A DNA stretch of 64,000 nt from an uncultured Acidobacteriota bacterium (GCA_963814955.1 CAWFEX010000004.1:201486-265485); one strand, 5' to 3'; counted from the stretch's first letter, positions 10,534-20,300 are shown. Notes: generated by a model from the letters alone, not told the origin. Numbers and translations are program-made.

Positions 10534-11814
10534 ATGGAGCTGCCACACGTCCTCATCATCGGCGGAGGATTCGGGGGGCTTAGCGCGGCCAAGGCGTTGC
10601 GCGATCGTCCGGTGCGCGTCACGCTGCTCGACCGGCACAACTATCATCTCTTCCAGCCGCTTCTGTATCAGGTGGCAACCGCCACTCTGTCGCCCGGCGA
10701 CATTGCGGCGCCGATTCGATGGATCTTCAGGCGATCGCCGAACATCCGTGTGCTGCTCGGGCAAGCCTCGTCCATCGATATGAAGAGCCGCCGCGTATCG
10801 CTGGCCGACGGCGGTGAGCTCGAGTACGACTTTCTGATCGTCGCCACCGGCTCGAGCCACACGTACTTCGGCAACGACGACTGGGGGCGTTTCGCGCCAG
10901 GGCTGAAAACACTCGAGGATGCCCTCGAGATTCGTCGGCGCGTGCTGCTGGCATTCGAGCGCGCAGAGCGCGAGACGGACCCGGCGCGGCGGCAGGAGCT
11001 CCTGACCTTCGTGCTCGTGGGCGGCGGCCCCACGGGAGTGGAGCTGGCGGGCACCTTGGCGGAGATCGCGCGCCAGACGCTGCGCCACGAGTTTCGATCG
11101 ATTGACCCGGGTGGTGCGCGAATTGTCCTTGTCGAAGCTGGACCGACGATTCTGCCGTCGTTTCCCGAGAAGCTTCGCGACGCAGCACGAAAGTCGCTGG
11201 CACGGCTCCGTGTGGAAGTGCGCGAAGGCACGAAGGTGACCGGCGTCGATGCGCACGGCGTGATGCTTGGTTCAGAGCCGCTTGTTGCGGGTACTGTGCT
11301 GTGGACGGCCGGTGTGGCCGTGTCCCCGCTCGTCAAATCGCTTGGGGCTCCGCTCGATCGAACCGGTCACGTGATCGTCGAGTCCGACCTTTCGGTGCCC
11401 GGTCACCCCGAAGTGTTCGTCGTCGGCGATGCCGCGACGTTCGCCGACGAGCAGGGAAAACCGCTGCCAGGCGTGGCCCAGGTCGCAATCCAGGAGGCGC
11501 AGCACGCGGCCAGAACGATCCTCAATCGTCGGCGAGGCGCCGCCGCGTCGACGCGCTTTGTCTTTCATGACAAGGGCAGCATGGCCATTGTGGGACGGGG
11601 CGCAGCTATTGCCGACCTCGGTTGGATTCGGTTCGCCGGCTTTACCGCGTGGCTGGCCTGGCTGTTTCTTCACATCGTGAAGCTGGTCGGGTTTCGCAAC
11701 CGGCTTGTCGTACTGCTCCAGTGGGCCATTGCGTACGTGACATTTCAACGAAGCGTGAGGCTCATTACCTACGTCGATCGCTCGGAACGTTCGGGTCGCC
11801 CGGACCCGTCATGA
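10534..11814 (+). CDS. ndh: type II NADH:quinone oxidoreductase (NDH-2)
   Basis: In-frame ATG at 10534 gives MELPHVLIIGGGFGGLSAAKAL, a Rossmann GxGxxG motif. A second dinucleotide fold is LVGGGPTGVELAG. There is a C-terminal membrane-anchoring helix. Confidence 0.85.
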   Translation: MELPHVLIIGGGFGGLSAAKALRDRPVRVTLLDRHNYHLFQPLLYQVATATLSPGDIAAPIRWIFRRSPNIRVLLGQASSIDMKSRRVSLADGGELEYDFLIVATGSSHTYFGNDDWGRFAPGLKTLEDALEIRRRVLLAFERAERETDPARRQELLTFVLVGGGPTGVELAGTLAEIARQTLRHEFRSIDPGGARIVLVEAGPTILPSFPEKLRDAARKSLARLRVEVREGTKVTGVDAHGVMLGSEPLVAGTVLWTAGVAVSPLVKSLGAPLDRTGHVIVESDLSVPGHPEVFVVGDAATFADEQGKPLPGVAQVAIQEAQHAARTILNRRRGAAASTRFVFHDKGSMAIVGRGAAIADLGWIRFAGFTAWLAWLFLHIVKLVGFRNRLVVLLQWAIAYVTFQRSVRLITYVDRSERSGRPDPS

Positions 11815-12065
11815 CGTTCGAATCGTCCGGCCATTTGGGCCCGGAGCTTGCTCACGCCACTGGACGCATCCCAGCGGCTGGTTGGTTTCGCTGAAATCGC
11901 CGGTCAGAATCGAGCCGCTGCGAGGGGCGCGGCTCTCACTTTTGTGACTCGATAACAATTGTGTCGCCGGATGATGGCTTCGGCGTCTGGCTCTCATAGG
12001 AGCGGGTTTGGAAGACTCTGAAAGGCCGGCCGATTCGGCTCTTTTTCAAGCTTCTTGGAATCCTG

Positions 12066-12803
12066 ATGCTGGTGGCTGCCGTAGTCGGTGCGGTCACGAT
12101 TGTCAGGGCGCTGCCGCGCAACGCCGAGTACGACTGGTTCAGGGAAGCATACGGCCCGTCGCGGAATTCCCAGTATGCCGAGGAATGGCTGATTCGCGAC
12201 TTCTTTCGCGACGAGCGCAACGGGGTCTTCGTGGACGTTGGCTCGCACGAGTACAAGCGCTTCAACAACACCTACTATCTCGAGCAGGCACTCGGATGGT
12301 CGGGTCTGGCAATTGATGCTCAACAAGAATTCGCGGGCGATTACGCACGGTACCGGCCGCGGACGCGCTTTTTCTCCTTTTTCGTGAGCGACAAGTCGGA
12401 CGCCGTCGCGTCACTCTTTGTCCCGGATCAACACACCCTCGTGGCATCTTCGAACAAGGAGTTCTCCGATCGCTACGATACGTCGGGCAAGGAGCGCAAA
12501 GTTCGCACCATCACACTGAATGATCTTCTAGCGCGCGCCGGTGTCACCTCGATCGACTTCCTGTCGATGGATATCGAGCTGGCCGAGCCTCGCGCACTTG
12601 CGGGATTCGACCTCGTGCGGTATCGACCGCGCCTCGTTGGTGTCGAGGCACATCCGGAGATTCGTCAACAGTTGATCGACTACTTCACGCAACGAGAGTA
12701 CCGGGTCGTCGCGCGGTATCTGAGAGCCGATCCGTACAATTTGTGGTTTGCGCCTGCCGACGCAACGTTTCCCGAGGGCGTTCAAGTCGCCGACATGCAC
12801 TGA
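12066..12803 (+). CDS. FkbM-family methyltransferase
   Basis: FVDVGSHEYKRFNNTYYLE...ITLNDLLARAGVTSIDFLSMDIELAEPRALAGF matches the FkbM-family pattern. The start is uncertain because the frame stays open from 12000. Confidence 0.7.
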   Translation: MLVAAVVGAVTIVRALPRNAEYDWFREAYGPSRNSQYAEEWLIRDFFRDERNGVFVDVGSHEYKRFNNTYYLEQALGWSGLAIDAQQEFAGDYARYRPRTRFFSFFVSDKSDAVASLFVPDQHTLVASSNKEFSDRYDTSGKERKVRTITLNDLLARAGVTSIDFLSMDIELAEPRALAGFDLVRYRPRLVGVEAHPEIRQQLIDYFTQREYRVVARYLRADPYNLWFAPADATFPEGVQVADMH

Positions 12804-12824
12804 GGCGATTTTCAGATCGGTCCC

Positions 12825-12866
12825 ACGGAGGCCTAAAGGCACGGAGGCCTAAAGGCCTCCGGCTAC
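12825..12866. repeat. REP-like hairpin with a 16-nt tandem duplication
   Basis: ACGGAGGCCTAAAGGC occurs twice in tandem (12825-12840 and 12841-12856). The hairpin is CGGAGGCC-TAAA-GGCCTCCG (12842-12861), followed by GCTACC. It lies between convergent genes. Confidence 0.7.
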
Positions 12867-12880
12867 CAGAAGTTCCGGCG

Positions 12881-14824
12881 CTACGGCAGGCTCAGCGCGA
12901 TGTACTCGGCCGCGTGTTCTCGCGATCCAACCGCGAGCACGATGTATTGTTTGCCGTTGAAGAGATAGGTCATCGGAGCGCCGGTCGTCCCTGCCGGCAG
13001 GTCCATCTCCCACACGACGCGCCCCGACGACTTGTCGAACGCGCGGAATTTGCGGTCTCCCGCGCCAGGCGCGAGTGAAAGCGGCATGCTCGCCGGAATG
13101 CGCCGGGGATCGCCCGACATGATTGGATCGCCTTCGCCGACGAACAGCAGCGACCTCGTCAGCAGCGGCGCGCTTCGACCCGGGTTGCCGAGCGGAGGCA
13201 GGTTCAGCGGTTTGAGCAGCGGATGGTTTCGCGGTCCGTCGCCGTTGGTCACCGCCCACACGATTTCTCCCTTGTTCAGGTCGATCGCCGTAATCCTGCC
13301 GTAGGGCGGCTTCAGCAACGGCAGGCCCATTGGCGCGGGCGGATACTCGCGTGTGCCGCGCGTGTAGGTGAGATTCGTCTCCTTGGGATTGCCAGGAATG
13401 ACGTCGGCGACGAACGGCGCGGTAATGGATGGCACATACAGTCGTCCTGTCTCGGGATCGAACGCCGCTCCCTGCCAGTCGGCGCCGCCAACGGAGCCGG
13501 GAAGCTGAATCGTGCCCTTCGTATCGTTCGGTCCGCTGCCTTTGATCGAAGGCGGCGTGAACACAGGTCCGATCACATATCTCTTGACGATGTCGAGCGC
13601 CGCAGCCCGCAGCTCAGGCGTGAAATCAATCAGATCGTCGAGGTTGACCCCCTGCCGATCAAAGGCCGGCGGCTTGCTTGGAAACGGCTGCGTAGGTGAC
13701 GTCTGTTCCCCAGGTGTCGTCGACTGTGGGACGGGACGCTCTTCGATCGGCCAGACCGGCCGCCCGTTGACGCGATCGAACACGAATGCAAATGCCTGCT
13801 TCGTGACCTGCACGACAGCCTGGATCGGGCGGCCATCAACGGTGATGTTGGCCAACACGGGCGCGGCCGGCAAATCGTAGTCCCACAAATCGTGATGCGT
13901 GAGCTGGTAGTGCCACACGCGCGCGCCCGTCAGGCAGTCCACGCACACGAGGCTGTCGCTGAACAAGTTGTCCCCAAGCCGGTGGCCGCCGTACATGTCA
14001 CTCGTGGGGCTCGTCAGTGGGAGGTACGCGTATCCGAGCTGCTCATCCACGCTCACCAGCGACCAGAGATTGGTGTGGCCGGTGTACTGCCACGAATTGT
14101 CTTTCCACGTCTCGACGCCGAACTCGCCCGCGCGTGGAATGACGTGGAACGTCCAGCGCAGCCTTCCGGTCCGCACGTCATATGCCCTGACGTCACCTGG
14201 TGTCCCTTCCCGGTTGGGTGGTGAGTCGCTCATCGACGTTCCGACGATGACAACGTCGCGGCACACCCGCGGCGCTCCAGTCCATCCGTAGGGCTCCTTG
14301 CCGAGTCGGAGGTTGACGCTGCCGTTGTCGCCGAAGTCTTTGAATGGCTGGCCGGTTCTCAGATCGAGAGCGGTAAGCGTTTCGCCACGCTGCACGAACA
14401 ACCGCTGCTCGTTGCCGCTTCGCCAATACCCGAGTCCGCGCGTGCTGTCGCCTGGCAACCCCGCCGCTCCTCCCGCGGGCTGCTGCACCCAGCGCGTCTT
14501 TCCACTGGCGGGGTCGAATGCCTCGACCAGGCCGACACCGTTCGGACTGTACAGGACGCCGTCAATCATCAAGGGGGTCGCGCGGAAGTTGTTCGAGAAC
14601 GTGAGCTTCGGGTTGAGCGTCATGAGCTGCGGATCGACTGCCGGCCTGCGCCAGGCGACCCTCAGGCGTGCGACGTTCGACGCATTGATCTGATCGAGCG
14701 CGGCATATTTCGTACTGCCGGGATCACTGCTGTAGCTGCGCCATTCCGTGTTCTGGGCGGACACGATGACGGCGGTGGCGGCAATAAGGGCACAGGTACC
14801 GAACCAGCTGGCTGCTCGATGCAT
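12881..14824 (-). CDS. PQQ-dependent (quinoprotein) dehydrogenase, secreted
   Basis: Signal peptide MHRAASWFGTCALIAATAVIVSAQ. WRSYSSDPGSTKYAALDQINASNVARLRVAWR is a typical quinoprotein N-terminus. Beta-propeller W-rich repeats run throughout. Confidence 0.8.
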   Translation of the reverse strand: MHRAASWFGTCALIAATAVIVSAQNTEWRSYSSDPGSTKYAALDQINASNVARLRVAWRRPAVDPQLMTLNPKLTFSNNFRATPLMIDGVLYSPNGVGLVEAFDPASGKTRWVQQPAGGAAGLPGDSTRGLGYWRSGNEQRLFVQRGETLTALDLRTGQPFKDFGDNGSVNLRLGKEPYGWTGAPRVCRDVVIVGTSMSDSPPNREGTPGDVRAYDVRTGRLRWTFHVIPRAGEFGVETWKDNSWQYTGHTNLWSLVSVDEQLGYAYLPLTSPTSDMYGGHRLGDNLFSDSLVCVDCLTGARVWHYQLTHHDLWDYDLPAAPVLANITVDGRPIQAVVQVTKQAFAFVFDRVNGRPVWPIEERPVPQSTTPGEQTSPTQPFPSKPPAFDRQGVNLDDLIDFTPELRAAALDIVKRYVIGPVFTPPSIKGSGPNDTKGTIQLPGSVGGADWQGAAFDPETGRLYVPSITAPFVADVIPGNPKETNLTYTRGTREYPPAPMGLPLLKPPYGRITAIDLNKGEIVWAVTNGDGPRNHPLLKPLNLPPLGNPGRSAPLLTRSLLFVGEGDPIMSGDPRRIPASMPLSLAPGAGDRKFRAFDKSSGRVVWEMDLPAGTTGAPMTYLFNGKQYIVLAVGSREHAAEYIALSLP

Positions 14825-14880
14825 GATGCCTCCTGCGGCGGAGCCGTCAGGATACTCCAGGCCGAACGAGCGGAACGGCT

Positions 14881-16180
14881 CTAAGTTCGCCGCTGGTAGT
14901 GGGTGGCCACGTAGTTCTCCAGGAGCACGCGGAAGCCGTGCGCGAGCTCGTCGTACGTGCCGCGGAGCGTCGTGAAGTGTTCGCCGTCGACGTAGACCGG
15001 ACAGTTGGGCGCCTCGCCCGTGCCTGGCAGGCTGATCCCGATATTGGCAGCTTTGGACTCACCGGGGCCGTTGACGACGCAGCCCATGACAGCAAGGGTC
15101 AGTGTCTCGACGCCCTCGGTACTGCGATTTCCATTCCGGCATCCGCGTGCGGATGTACTCCTGCGTACGTTCGGCCAGCTCCTGGAAAGTGGTACTCGTG
15201 GTGCGTCCACAACCCGGACATGCGGTTACGCTGGGCGAAAAGGCACGCAGGCCGAGTGCCTGCAGCAGCTCGCACGCGGCGTAGACCTCCTCGCGACGGT
15301 CGCCTCCCGGGCGTGGCGTCAACGACACGCGAATGGTGTCGCCGATGCCTTCGTTCAGCAGAATGCCCATCGCCGACGCTGACCACATGAGGCCCTTCGT
15401 TCCCATTCCGGCTTCGGTGAGACCGAGGTGCAGCGGCTGATCGGTTCTCCGTGCCAGCTCTCTGTAGATGGCAATGAGATCCCGCGGGCGCGACACCTTG
15501 CACGAGATGACGATTTGATCCTTCCGCATGCCGGTTTCGAGCGCGAGCGTAGTGGACTCGATCGCCGAAATCAGCATGCATTCGTTCAGAACCTCCTCCG
15601 AGCTGTGACCCAGATTGCGATCGGTGTTCTCCTGCATCTTGTCGAGCACGAGCTCCTGATTGAGCGAGCCGCCGTTGACGCCGATGCGCACCGGTTTGTC
15701 GTGGTCGATCGCCACCTTGCAGATAGTCGAAAAACGCTCGTCACGCCGTGCCCCCGTCCCGACGTTGCCCGGGTTGATGCGGTATTTGTCGAGCGCCGCC
15801 GCGCAGTCCGGGTTCCGGCTCAGGAGCAGATGACCGTTGTAATGGAAGTCGCCGATGAGCGGCGCATTGCATCCCGCGTCGACCATGCGCCGCTTGATCG
15901 CCGGGACTGCGGCCGCGGCTTCCTGGGTGTTGACGGTGACGCGAACCAGCTCCGATCCCGCTTCCGCCAGTTCGATGCACTGGCGCGCGGTCCCTTCGAC
16001 ATCCGCGGTCTCTGTCATCGTCATCGACTGCACGGCAATTGGCGCACCGCCGCCTATCTGCATGTGGCCGACGCGGACGCCTACGGTCTTGTGCAGCCTG
16101 ACGGCACTCGAACTCGAGCCGCTCATTCCACCAATCATACGGGATAGCCGATGGGGACCAGCGGCTAGAATCTCACTCAT
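14881..16180 (-). CDS. ispG: HMBPP synthase IspG/GcpE; frame broken near 15113-15118
   Basis: ORF 15059..16180 carries the IspG body ([31 protein letters not shown]). The conserved C-terminus [31 protein letters not shown] is in ORF 14881..15210, in another frame. Confidence 0.9.
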
Positions 16181-16412
16181 GTCGGACGTGACACGAAAGA
16201 CGCTGGCGTGCGGTTGTCAGGTGGATGCCGCGCGCGACTTCCTCGGACGCGTGGTCGGCACGGTCGTCACCAAGGGTCCGACGTGTTCGCAGACCGTTGC
16301 ACGTTCCGGGGCATGTCATTGTGATGCCCGGACGCGAACACGCACGAGAGGAATAGTCACCCGGACTTCGCTGCGGCGGGGCGGCGCGCCTGCGCCACCG
16401 CGTGCACGATGA
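16179..16412 (+). CDS. candidate small Cys-rich protein (end uncertain)
   Basis: ATG at 16179, back-to-back with the ispG start. The product is [49 protein letters not shown]... with high third-position GC over about 50 codons. The Arg-rich tail overlaps the sortase 3' end and may be out of frame. Confidence 0.25.
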   Translation: MSDVTRKTLACGCQVDAARDFLGRVVGTVVTKGPTCSQTVARSGACHCDARTRTRTRGIVTRTSLRRGGAPAPPRAR

Positions 16413-17052
16413 ACCGCTTCGGTGCCGACCCGATGTAGGTGAACGGATAGCACGTCACCAGCGTGAGGGTAGACTTTCGCGTGGGTTTGAGTACCCACGT
16501 GTCCTTCGGTGACACCACACTCGTGGTGTCCACTTTGAACACGAATGTTCCCGCTGTCGTGACGACGCGGATGTCGTCTGCGGCGCGGATATCGCGCAGC
16601 CGTCGGAAGAACGTGTCACGATGCCCGGCCAGTCCGATGTTGCCAATCTCGCCTGGAAGGGCCGTGCCAGGGATATGACCGACTGCCAGCCGAAGCGTGC
16701 GAGCGTCACTGCCGGCGCGAATGATGGCCGAGACACCGAGCCTGGGGATTTCGATTCGGCCGAGAGCGGAACCCGGAGATGGCCGGACCGGCTTGATCGC
16801 GGCTGTCGTCGCGGCCGGCGGAGTCGCGGCCGGCGGAACGCTCGCGAGTATCAAATCGAGCTCGCGGTTTTCGATCGCCTGATACAACCTGGCTTCCACG
16901 GACACATACGCGAAGTAGCCAAGGCAGATCAGTCCGACGACAATGAGGATGCGCTCCAGCCATTTCAGACGGCGCGTTTTATTTGACCGCCGCCGGGAGC
17001 GTTGCGGCTCGTCGTTATCTGGAACCCGGGTGATGATGCGTCCTATAGCCAT
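16357..17052 (-). CDS. sortase-family transpeptidase
   Basis: N-terminal TM helix ILIVVGLICLGYFAYV. The catalytic region is LAGHRDTFFRRLRDI...TLTLVTCYPF (TLxTC motif), with a conserved Arg downstream (KRFIVHAV). The start is 17052 or 17091. Confidence 0.8.
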   Translation of the reverse strand: MAIGRIITRVPDNDEPQRSRRRSNKTRRLKWLERILIVVGLICLGYFAYVSVEARLYQAIENRELDLILASVPPAATPPAATTAAIKPVRPSPGSALGRIEIPRLGVSAIIRAGSDARTLRLAVGHIPGTALPGEIGNIGLAGHRDTFFRRLRDIRAADDIRVVTTAGTFVFKVDTTSVVSPKDTWVLKPTRKSTLTLVTCYPFTYIGSAPKRFIVHAVAQARRPAAAKSG

Positions 17053-17938
17053 CGCGACTCCGAACGCGCAAGTTCTTTTGGCCGGGAACACGCACGCCTA
17101 CTTTCACACGACGATACGTTCCATCGTGTGCGGTGTTGGTTGGAATGTACCCAATCAGGTAGCCGCGACGGATATTTGCCGCAATCCGGTCGAAGCTTTC
17201 GACAACCTCATCGTCTCCGTCTGGAAAGTACGCGACTCCGCCCGCGACATTGGCCAGCTTGCGGAGTACTCCCGCGTCGCCAGGGAGCCCGTACCGGCGG
17301 TTTGCCGTGGAAACTGTGTACACGATGGCGTTGCTGTCGCGCGCGTGGGCGATCATCTCCTCTTCCGTGTGCGTGCTCGCGTTGTCCTCGCCATCCGAAA
17401 GCACGACGAGAACCCGTTTCTGATGAGTCGCGAACTCGAGGTGATCGAGCCCCGCCATCACCGCATCGTACAGGGCGGTCTTGCCGCCCGGTCCGAAGCG
17501 CGCCAGCGCCGAGCTCAATAGTATTTGACGGTTCGTGAACGGCATGCCTGCCGGTAGTCCGAATTGGGCGCGCTCGTTGAAATGAATCGTGAACAGCTCG
17601 TCTTCGGTATGGCTGGATCGCGCAAACGCCTTGCTGCCTGCAATGACCATGTGTTGGCGCGCGATCATCGAGCTGCTGTTGTCGAGAATGAGACCAACCG
17701 TCACGGGCACATCAGCGCCGCTGAAAAACGTAATCTCCTGCCCTTCGTCGTTTTCCAGCACGGTGAACGCACTTTGCGGCAGATCCGGAACGGCATCAGA
17801 TCGGCCGTCGAACACATTTACGTGGAGGACCACCAGATCAGACTCGGATCTGAAGACCTGCAGCGGCTCCTGCACGGCAATGAGCGGTGCGCAGAACATC
17901 GCCCACAGCAGAAGATCACGCGCCAGATGCCGCACCAT
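17015..17938 (-). CDS. secreted VWA-domain protein (acidobacterial VWFA-related type)
   Basis: Signal-like start MVRHLARDLLLWAMFCAPLIAVQ at 17938. FRSESDLVVLHVNVFDGRSDAVPDLPQSAFTVLENDEGQEITFF matches my recollection of the VWFA-related acidobacterial domain. A MIDAS-like ILDNSSSM motif is present. Confidence 0.75.
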   Translation of the reverse strand: MVRHLARDLLLWAMFCAPLIAVQEPLQVFRSESDLVVLHVNVFDGRSDAVPDLPQSAFTVLENDEGQEITFFSGADVPVTVGLILDNSSSMIARQHMVIAGSKAFARSSHTEDELFTIHFNERAQFGLPAGMPFTNRQILLSSALARFGPGGKTALYDAVMAGLDHLEFATHQKRVLVVLSDGEDNASTHTEEEMIAHARDSNAIVYTVSTANRRYGLPGDAGVLRKLANVAGGVAYFPDGDDEVVESFDRIAANIRRGYLIGYIPTNTAHDGTYRRVKVGVRVPGQKNLRVRSRDGYRTHHHPGSR

Positions 17939-18025
17939 AATCTTGTTCTTGCCGTTCGCTGATTCGTTATCGACCGAGCGGTGATTGGCGGCAGCGCCGC
18001 CAATCACCAAACCTCCGTTCAGACT

Positions 18026-18832
18026 TTATATCCGGAATGCTCGGATGCCGGCAGCTCCGAGGAGCGACAGCAATCCCAACAAGCCGGAAAGCGCAACCGG
18101 ACTTGCGGTTGCCGGGAGCTCTCTTGTGTTCTGTGCATCCGTGCTCTGCGCGGTCGTTGACGCCTGCCCTGACGTGCCAACCGGGCGTTCGGCTGCCGGT
18201 GGCGGCGACACGGTGCGGGGTTCCGGCGCCGGCGCCGCCTGCGTCTCGGCTCGCGCCTCTACTGCTGGTTCGGCGGGAGGAGGCCCGCTGCCTTCGACGA
18301 CCCCAATGCTGCTATCGGCAGCAGTGGACGCCGGCTCCTGCGGTGCTTCGGGTGTCGAGGCTGCAGAAGCCTGCGCGTCGGCACTCACACGACCCTCTTC
18401 GGTCAAAACACCTTCGCCGGTGCGCCCGGCAATTTGCAGCGCCTGGTTCTTCGGATAGATAAACTCCTTACCGATCCTCTCGCCAGGGTAATACCAGAAC
18501 TGAACCGCCGGCGTTGTTTTCGCGTCGGTCTCACGGAACGTCACGACGGTGTCGCCCGTGGCCTCAAGACGTTCTGCGGGTACGAAGAGCCACTGCCCGA
18601 GCACCTTCATCTCGTCTTCCGACAGCACCTGGATGACATTGCGGGACGCCGTGTCCGCGATGCGGAACACGTAGGTGCCCGGTTCGAGCTTCATGCCGGG
18701 GAGCTCGACCGCGGCGCTGAATGTCATGATCGTGCGATCGCGGGTGTCGGGCTGCTGCGCGGCGACGTTGAACGTCAGAACCCCCAGCAACACGACCATC
18801 ACCGCGGTTGCGATTACAGTCAAACGTTTCAT
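18026..18832 (-). CDS. secreted protein with C-terminal LPATAS sorting-signal-like tail
   Basis: ATG at 18832 is preceded by GAGGAGG. Signal peptide MKRLTVIATAVMVVLLGVLTFNVAAQ. The C-terminal half is low-complexity and Pro/Ala/Thr-rich. The protein ends ELPATAS-PVALSGLLGLLSLLGAAG-IRAFRI. Confidence 0.75.
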   Translation of the reverse strand: MKRLTVIATAVMVVLLGVLTFNVAAQQPDTRDRTIMTFSAAVELPGMKLEPGTYVFRIADTASRNVIQVLSEDEMKVLGQWLFVPAERLEATGDTVVTFRETDAKTTPAVQFWYYPGERIGKEFIYPKNQALQIAGRTGEGVLTEEGRVSADAQASAASTPEAPQEPASTAADSSIGVVEGSGPPPAEPAVEARAETQAAPAPEPRTVSPPPAAERPVGTSGQASTTAQSTDAQNTRELPATASPVALSGLLGLLSLLGAAGIRAFRI

Positions 18833-19071
18833 TCCTCTGTCCTCCTCGTTGACGCGCAACGCTCTCGCGCGATGCGCCTCATTCGCGCCCACCAGGCGCA
18901 GGCATCGGCTAGGCCATATCTGTGAACGGTGGTGCATCTTGTATGCCCTCCGGAGCGCGGCGGTATCGAAGCGCAGGGCCGAGCGCGGCCATATGCATTT
19001 GGACGAGGCACACGGAGTGGTTGAAGATCGGTCGAGCTGAGAAAAGACCAACTGTCGACAACCATCGATCC

Positions 19072-20292
19072 GTGACCAACATTGATCCACGTTCGCACGA
19101 CAAATGGCCGCTGTGGCTGGCCATGGCGCTGGCGCTCATCTGGGTGCCGTCTCTCGACCGTGGTTTCTGTGAAGACGACTTTCTATTGGTCCCGATAACG
19201 TTCTCGACGTTTCTCGAGAACCCGCTGTGGGGTGCTGGAACACCTCCTCCGGTGCGTGAAGGGCTTCCGGCGTACCGAGGCGAAGGTCGACCGGTATCGT
19301 CTCTGACATACGCGTTGCTGCCTGCTCAGGCTCATGTGCAACATGTGGTCAGCCTGCTGCTCTACCTCGCGTGCCTGTGGCTGATGTGGCGCGTGTGCTC
19401 GCGGCTCGCGCTCGCGCCGCGGCCGACCTTGTTTGCGCTCTCGTCGTTCTTTCACCCTGCGTTTCTCTGGAATGTGACCTGGATCGCCCACAGGTACGAC
19501 CTGTTGGTAATCGCGCTGCTTCTGCTCGCCGTGCTCGAGACGCGGGTGCCAATCAAAGTCGCGTTGATCGGACTGGGGAGCGGTGCAAAGCCGCCGCTGT
19601 TCTTTCAGAACTTCGTTTTTGCGTATCAATTCGCCCGGCAGGGACGAATCGTTGCGGGCGCGGTCACGCTGTTCTGGCTGGCTGTGTTTGCGGTCGGCAT
19701 TTATCTGACGCGGTACACAGAGGAATCGGCGGTCGCCGACTCTTTGTACACGCTCCCCGTCGTCATTTCGATTCCGCTGAGGATCGTGAAGCTGTTCGAG
19801 GGCTTGCTATACATCTTTGCGCCGATCCCGATGTTCGCCGTCACCGCCTGGATGCCGTTCGTTGCTCTGGCCGCGTATGGGGCATTGTGGGTCGCGGTGC
19901 TTCGTTCGCCGATGACATCGGTGAGAGAGAGCATCCGCCGGCATGGATGGATTCCCGCGATGGCCGCGGCAATGAGCGTCCCTTTCCTGTTTGCGTCGGA
20001 CGTGCGCATCACCGGCGCGGCGGCAGTCATGACGTTTCTCTGGCTGGCTACAGTGGTGCGATGTGATGGCGTTCGAATGACGGCGATCGTGGCGATTCTC
20101 GTGCTGAACCTCACCGGTATCTTTCTGAACTATGGTGCGTTCCGGTCCGCGCAGTACGACATTCGCGCGGACATGGCGGGGTGCAACTTCTACTCGCAAC
20201 CCGTGTACGCCTTCGCGGGGTCAAGAGAGGAGCTGCGCAGGAACATCCTCACAGTGCTCGGGATTCGCACTGAGTTCAGGAAGTTTCCCTGA
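19072..20292 (+). CDS. polytopic membrane protein, possibly a GT-C-like glycosyltransferase
   Basis: ORF 18922..20292 with about 10 or more hydrophobic helices. An early loop, SLDRGFCEDDFLL, resembles the acidic first loop of PMT/ArnT-type enzymes. The start is uncertain (GTG 19072 or ATG 19123). Confidence 0.5.
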   Translation: MTNIDPRSHDKWPLWLAMALALIWVPSLDRGFCEDDFLLVPITFSTFLENPLWGAGTPPPVREGLPAYRGEGRPVSSLTYALLPAQAHVQHVVSLLLYLACLWLMWRVCSRLALAPRPTLFALSSFFHPAFLWNVTWIAHRYDLLVIALLLLAVLETRVPIKVALIGLGSGAKPPLFFQNFVFAYQFARQGRIVAGAVTLFWLAVFAVGIYLTRYTEESAVADSLYTLPVVISIPLRIVKLFEGLLYIFAPIPMFAVTAWMPFVALAAYGALWVAVLRSPMTSVRESIRRHGWIPAMAAAMSVPFLFASDVRITGAAAVMTFLWLATVVRCDGVRMTAIVAILVLNLTGIFLNYGAFRSAQYDIRADMAGCNFYSQPVYAFAGSREELRRNILTVLGIRTEFRKFP

Positions 20293-20300
20293 GCGAATTG

